This document shows, in pieces, positions 56,984-64,000 of a stretch of 64,000 bases of DNA. Origin of the DNA: Paraspadella gotoi (lineage: Eukaryota > Animalia > Chaetognatha); NCBI GenBank assembly GCA_051294375.1, contig CM119266.1, forward strand, positions 25,002,659 through 25,066,658, in the 5' to 3' direction. Below the pieces are notes generated by a model. That model saw nothing but the letters and a program-made list of their open reading frames with translations, had not been told where the DNA came from and did no database searches. The translations under genes were made by a program, and so were the position numbers. Each line of letters starts with the position of its first letter. The stretch's first letter is position 1.

Positions 56984-59900
56984 CCCTCTACTTTTTTAAT
57001 GAAAAAAAGAGTGTAAGGAGCTTAACATTGTTTAAGTCGCTCATTTCCTTTCTTACTCCCCTCCCCTCCCCCCTTTTCCCAAATGAACCCTTCAATAAAA
57101 ATTAAGTCACTCAGTTTCGCTAAGAGCTAAAGAATTAAGAGACAATTACGACGGACGCGAATCCGCGGTTCTGAAACCGAAACATTAAAAACAATTTTTA
57201 TTGAAACCTATAAACGTAAAGCGTAAAAGCGTAAAAGCGTAAAAGCTATTCTTTTCATTATCCCCGTTCATTTTTTTTTTTTTTTTTTTTTGTGTTTCGC
57301 GGTCATTTGTTTAATTTTTCTTCTTCGTCGTAAAAGTCGAGAATTTCAAACTTCATTTGTCAGAGGACGCTCGTCGCCGACAAAAGAACGTCGCCAATAA
57401 ATTTCGTCGGCACGCGACGGGCATTTCGCTAATATAAAACGTTCCGGCGCTTCCCTTTCCTGTTCCTGTCGCTCTGAGCGAGACGCCGGGTCCGACTTTA
57501 GACGCCGCCGTTCCGTTTTCGTACCCGACGAAGCCCCTCCCCCAACGCCGGAGAAATTCCGCGGGATATCGTTTACGACTTTCGCCTGGTCTATGCCAAC
57601 CTCGCCCCCACTCCCTCCGACCTTCTCTTCTTTTAATTTTACTGTTTAATCCTTTTTTAAGATGTTTAGGAGCAAATCGTTAGCGAAGTCCAAAACTATT
57701 TCTCCGTCGACGTTTACGTTTCTCTGCGACGAAGACGATGAACAGACCCGAGAGTTACAGTTTTCGTAGGTTTTTATTTAGACTCTACAAGTCACTTTTT
57801 AAAGTCGGTCAGTCAATTAACTAGACGCGGTTTCAAGATTAGTCAATTTAGTGAATGAATTCTTAATCATTTTATACAGGTATTTGTTAAAGGTAACATG
57901 TTCGTTGACATTATAAAATTCGGCTGTTTAGCGTTTAGTGCACTGCACTCCATTAGTTGTTAATCCAAACAAAAAAAATAGATACTTGAAGTTAAACTGA
58001 AGTATACTAATGGAAAACGTCAAAAAAGAAATAGAATAAAAAAAGATAAAGAACGGAAAATATATAAACTGGTAAAAACATATCGTCACTGACGCAACAA
58101 GATTGTTTAAAATAAATAATTTTTTTCAGCATTAAAGATACATTAATTTGAATTTCCAGCGGTTATGGAGACTTTAATCTTATTTCTATTACTTTTTTTT
58201 CGCTTCTTTTCATATTAATTTTTTGCATATCCTTTTTTCTGTGCTCAACATTTTAAAGTATTTTATTCAATTACCGATATTATTTAGTTTGTCATTTACG
58301 GTTGTATCTTTTATATTATGTGTTTTCCTTTTTATTCCATATTAAAATTTATCGCTGTTCCTTTTTATAAAAAAAAAAATACTTTTTATTTCAAGCAGAC
58401 TAAATCTCGCGAATACTTTTCATTTATCCATTTAAAATATGCATCTTCATTTCCTCCTCATCATTATTCACACCGGTTCCCTTTCTTCTCACCTTAATTC
58501 ATCATTCAAACTTCCGGATTATTCATTTTTCATTCCACCCTATTCTATGAGTCTTTCTATTCTCTTGCGTTCTTCATCCTTCGTCGATTCGTTCACCTCT
58601 AATCAGCTTCGTTCTCTTCTTTTCTTCACTTTTCTCTTTAAAACGAGTTTGGTCATGTGGTCGAGAAGATTTCGGACAGTTAATAAAAATAAATCAATTT
58701 GTATAACTTATTTTGAAGAGACAAGCCCCTTGCTTGCTGCTGGCGATTATATGGGTTATTTTTCTGGTGTTGACAGGCAAAGGGTTTAGAAATCGGGTGG
58801 AGGGGCAACGGATAACGAAAAAGTAGCTGGTGGGGCGGAAGGTAAGAAGAAAAAGCATGGGGTAGAGACTGTTATCACTAGCCACTGGCCAGTGGCCACT
58901 GCGCTCAGTGACCGACGAGTGGGCGGAGAATAGCCTGCTAAAGAAAATCTATTAGCGGCGAAAGCGGTTCAGGTCTGTGTAACGAGACAATAGGGAGTGG
59001 GAGGCTGTTCGATGGCCGAAAGGGGGCCTATGGAGAAACTGCTTCGGTTTGAGAAAGCGGGACCCTCTTATCCACTCGCTACTCAAAGATGATCAATGTT
59101 CAATGTTCATTGCTCACGTCTAAGTGGGTTTGGTCCTTCGGGATTCCCGTCTTCCGAGATCCGTTTGTTCAAAAGGATTTACTCGACGGAAATTGGAGTT
59201 CTTTACTGGAGTGACGAATGTGAATAATGCTAAATTTGAGCAATGAAGTTAGGTTATAATATGTCATATATTTTATACATTTTAATTTTAAAGCTGAAGA
59301 TGTATCGAAGCAGAAGGCCGTGGTGTTGCTTGGAAGGAATTAAGAATTAAGTAGACAGGGTCGATCTTAGATTCGTGGTTATATACTTCTGGGCCGAACT
59401 TCGGCGGGACCGAGTGCGCCTTCAAGTGCGAACAGGTGCAAACAGCTGCCACGTCGCGTCCACGAAGGAAGCAGCCGCGGGAGGTGGGGGTGGGGGGGGG
59501 TAGGTTGCAGCGGGTAGGTGCATACGAGTGTAATAGGGTAGTTGGGTGAGAGAGTTGATTCTTGTCGACAAATAAAATCTTTCCGTGAAACTTTAGGCTG
59601 TAGGATTTATTGAGATTTTGTGAAAAAAATCGAAACAAAAATGATAAATTGAATCCTCATGTATTAAAAGAAAAATAAAATCAACTTCAAAAGCCCCGAG
59701 TGGATGAAAAAAAAACGGTTAATGAGTAATCGATATGGGTTTAAAATCCGAAAAAAAAAGGATTTATTTGGTTTAATTAACTTGTAAAAAAAAGTTATGA
59801 AAAAAGTATTAGCGGACCAAATTTTGAAGACAAAAAAAAACGACTAATAATATTTAAAATGAATCTCAAAAAGCGATGTGTAAAAAAACGAAGATGATAG

Positions 59901-61129
59901 AAAATTAGATCACAAAATAAAAAAAAAAAATCCAAAATTTAGAGGAAAAAGAAGGAAAGAGAAAGAGCAACGGATTCAAAATGCCTTTTCTTATCTCGGA
60001 AATCTGAGTAAGACTAAGAAGCTTCGCTCTTTCTCTCTTGTTCTCCATTTCGGAGTGGCGGGAAATCGAAGAGATAAACTAAACAAAAACAAAGCAAAAT
60101 CAACAAAATAACAACCCATTGGGAGACGTCTAGGGAGAAAATTAAGATGGATTAAAAAAAAGAAAGAAAGAAAGATCGATGGAGGATGATAAAACAACAA
60201 AAAATAATGAAAACATTCGACGTTCCGTGCTCAAGTCGTCAAGTCAGGAAAAGAATAAGGGTAAACTTATACGTATAATTAAAACCATCTCGGGGTTTTT
60301 CTCAATACGTTCCTTTGTTTCCCACTACGTTCTTTAAATAAAAAAGGAAACGTTTGTACCGATAAACGAGAGCTAACGAAGAAAACAGTTTTTTGTGGTA
60401 GAGGGAGTGCGATTGAAATCAGGGGTAAAGTGGGAAGAATCGCCGGTGAGGTGAACATCGCTGGTGAAAGTCGAGTGAATTTCGAGGGTGAAAAGTCGGG
60501 GATTTTGTTGGAAAAACGAAATTAATCGACGAAAGTCGAAACCGGAATGAGAAGAGTTTTCGAAAGTGGGACGAGTTTGAAAGTGGGTGATGAGATGGGG
60601 GAGGGTGGTTTGGGGGTGGTGGGTGGTGGGGGATGTGACGGTGGTGGAAAGGGGGAAAGGAAAGGGAGAGAGAAAAGTTTGAAAAGAAGTTAAGAACGAG
60701 GTTTCGGGGAAGCGAGAGAAATGAGATTGGGAAAAAGGAAAGGTATGTCTAATTGTCTAATTGTTTAAAGAGTTAAAAGAGTTAAGGAAAAACCGAAATG
60801 TAAGAAGGTTAAAAGGGGAAAGACAAAACGCATTGTAGATGTATAGTTTCCTGGAGAGAATCTTTAAAAAAGGAAAAAAACGAACCAGCGAAAATAAAAA
60901 AGAAAAGAGCAAAATGGTTAAAGATGATCTGCACGAAAAGTCTAAGAGAGAAAAAAGGGCGTCGAGACAGTTGAGAGCGAAAGTGAATGAAGGGAGGAAC
61001 ATTTTTTTCCCCTTTTCTTAAATAGTAACGGTTTAGAATTTCAATTTGGAAAAATAAAAAGTTATATGACTGTCAGACTTTTCATTTTGAACGTCTTCAT
61101 TACCCCGAGGGATCCTCCACCCAATTCCT

Positions 61130-61265
61130 CTTTCAACGTCGGCGTCATCCTCATCGTCTTCTTCATCATCTTCATCGTCTTCATCGTCGTCATCATCGTC
61201 TTCATCGTCGTCATCATCGTCTTCATCGTCTTTATCGTCGTCATCGTCATCGTCATTGCCGTCAT
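61130..61265. repeat. (GAY/GAA)n trinucleotide-rich tract; could be an Asp/Glu-rich minus-strand exon
   Basis: Minus-strand frame reads DDGNDDDDDDDKDDEDDDD... after a pyrimidine-rich AG; no linked exons identified. Confidence 0.4.
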
Positions 61266-61995
61266 CGGCAGCCTCATGGACGCTGCCCCGCCGCCGAAGT
61301 CTAAAGAGTGTGGAAGGAGTGACGTGTGGAGATGTGAATGGGAATATATGTAAATTATAAAACATTTAATAACACTTTTTACTATTTTTTTTTAAAAAAC
61401 AAACAAAATTCCAATTTTTTTGCTTTCGATAAATTTGGTTCAAATTATGTCAATTATGTCAATTAAATCAATGCTCTTTGTAAAATAATTAAACAAAACT
61501 TTGTTTTATCTTAGTACATATATATAGGTAATAGCGAAACAATTTTTATGAAATTATTTAATCAGAATCGTAATTTATTTTGTGAAGTAAAGAAATTAAA
61601 AAAAAAAATAAAGAAACTATTTAATTTTAAATATAAAGCTAAGTATCTAGTATCCCAAGTTAACTCCTTCCTTTCTTTCCAGTTCCCGTGGTAAAAAGTG
61701 AGCATCGCTTAAATGAGAGAAAAAAGTTTTTTTTCTGCGGGGCAGCTTCCCCCCCCCCGCAGCAGCCTTCTTCCTCTTCCTCTTTCCGCCCCTCCTCATC
61801 CTCGATCCTCTCTTTTTCCTAAGCAGCAGCCTTCGTCTCTTATTCTATTTTCGCATCTTCACTTTCACTCGTTCCTCCTCCGCCGCAGCCCAGCAGCCTT
61901 TCCCCTTCCTCCTTCTCATCCTTTCTCTTCCTCAATCGCCTCCTTTGCGACGAAGCGTTGGAGTCTCCCTCGAAACTCTCAGAAAGCCTTCAACC

Positions 61996-62119
<124 letters not shown>

Positions 62120-62949
62120 GAAGCAGCAGAGGGTCTTTCCTCCTCTTCCTCCTTTACTCTCCGTCCTTTCCCGGGTGATGGGCCACCGTCTCATCCGTCG
62201 ACGATGGTGACGACGACGACGACAGCGACGACGACGAAGATTCGTCGTCGTCGTCGCTGCTGGAAAATACCCCCGCGTCAAGAAGGATTTTTCTACGGAC
62301 GATGCAAAAAAATTTTTCGCCGAAAAAATCCAACAGTTAAATTTTTTTTTTTCCGATAAATTTTTTTTCCCCGCTATATGAAATTTTGGAGCGACGCACG
62401 TTACGACAAACGCCGCTAGAGGGCGTGGTTTTAAGATGTGGTTCGCTGGAGGGCGGTGTGTTGACACCAATCGGTCTTTAATGGTTTCTCTCCACGTCTT
62501 ATTGTCCTCTGCCCTTCTAATTAACCCATGAGGGATTGCGAGGAAATTGTTGCTGCTATTGACCACTTGGTCTTTACTCGTCTTTACTCATAACCCCTTC
62601 TCCCCTTTTCAGGTTTCGCCGGAGCGGACTATTCCCACGCCCACTTCCGGCGAATGGAATCGCCGTGACCCTCGTCCCCCGCCGTACCAGCGCCATCGCG
62701 TTGCGGATCGCGGAAGATTTCATTTTTTTTTTTTAAAAACAGAAATAAACAAAATTGAAACGAAATTAAAAAAAAAACCCACGAAAAATACTCAGCCGCT
62801 TTTCTTCCCCCCAACGAAATTTGGAGGAACGACGGGATCGACGTCAAAACAGCGAGTGACGCTTTTCCGGTAGATGGTGACGTCTGTCCGACGTCGACGA
62901 CGACGAGAGACGACGAACAATCGGACGATCAGCGCGACGTCGTGACGTC

Positions 62950-63055
62950 ATGACGTCGCGGGAACGCCCACGGTCGGCGGCGTCGACGGCGCGACTTCTC
63001 CTCGGCGTCCTCGGGGTGGCGTTGCTCGCGTCGAGAGCGGCGGCGCAAGGGGAAC
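62950..63055 (+). CDS. First coding exon (signal peptide) of a secreted or membrane protein continuing beyond the window
   Basis: MTSRERPRSAASTARLLLGVLGVALLASRAAAQGE followed by a strong phase-1 donor gtgagt; upstream acceptor ccccttttcag at ~62612 implies a spliced 5' UTR. Confidence 0.7.
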
Positions 63056-63798
63056 GTGAGTACGAGGGGTGGTAGGAGTGGAAGATTCTGAAGGTGTTGT
63101 GGGGCGAGGGGGGAGTTGTCGGAATATGCATTCATTATTCACTTCTCCATCATGGGGAAGGGAGGGGGTTTATTTGAAGTTAAATTCTATATTTATTTCG
63201 TTTATTTCATCGCGCTCATATTTTTGTTTGTTCTGTTAATTGACCCGGGTTCGTTTTCGTGATCTAGTTTCGTGGTTGGTGGTACAGTTTATCGCTTAGC
63301 CTTGACAGAGAATACATCCGATTAAGTTTTAAATTTACTTATTCATTTAGTTCGAGGATCAAGTATTTATTGTTCATCATATTTTATAATTTCATGTTTT
63401 TCTCGGATGTGTTTACTTTGCTTTGGTTCGATTCCAAAGCCTTTCCTTCTCTTTCATATAGTCTAAAGCAAAAATATAGACTTTTTCTTCTTTACTCGCT
63501 TTACTTTACTTTACTTTACTTTACTTTACTTTACTTTAATTTTTCGTCCAATCGGCTAAACCACCGCCTCTCATTCCTTATTCCTTCCTGATCGGTGAAC
63601 GTAACTGTCGAATTTTGAGGGAACGCCAATCGGGAACTTAATTTATATGGAAACAAAAAATACTAACAAATTTAAAAAAAAACATTGAAATATATTAGTG
63701 TTCTTCTCCGCTTTTTAAAATTCCTTCCCGCATGCATTATTTGTCCTATAATGCATATTTATGCTTTATTGCATTCTTACAAGAGAAGAAGAGAGAGA

Positions 63799-63831
<33 letters not shown>

Positions 63832-64000
63832 GAATGTGCGCCTCTTCGATCGAACCTTGAAACACATTTGGGTGAAGCATCGTAACGATTCGGCCCGAAC
63901 TCTAAACGAACCCAATGTTCACCGGGAAAACTTTTTTTTTAGAAAAGTCGAAACCTTTTTTCCTTGTAACCCGAGTTGAATACTAATCCCCCAAAACCAC

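Overview
Eukaryotic (invertebrate animal) genomic DNA: AT-rich spliceosomal introns, GC- and CpG-rich exons, abundant (GA)n microsatellites and one 68-N gap. All gene models were assembled by hand from GT-AG sites and phase consistency, and homology calls come from remembered motifs, not searches. Left to right: the 3' part of a mosaic receptor (Cys-rich repeat, kringle, beta-trefoil-like, thyroglobulin-1, EpCAM-like, TM, Tyr-rich tail); an ankyrin plus Dpy-30 protein; CLHC1; a low-complexity protein ending in an SVBP-like motif; LRP2BP; two tandem membrane-anchored bacterial-type solute-binding proteins; CFAP77; TMEM55/PIP4P; NACA; an intronless Ser/Arg-rich ORF; a nearly intronless ABCA transporter; a small secreted prepropeptide; and the signal-peptide exon of a gene running off the right edge. 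The most striking non-coding feature is a family of miniature LTR retroelements (TRIMs) with TG...TA ends, 4-bp TSDs, an internal tRNA-type Pol III promoter and covarying RNA structure: one full-length copy, one diverged solo LTR and one fragment. A second structured solo-LTR family, Helentron/DINE-like elements and foldback MITEs are also present.
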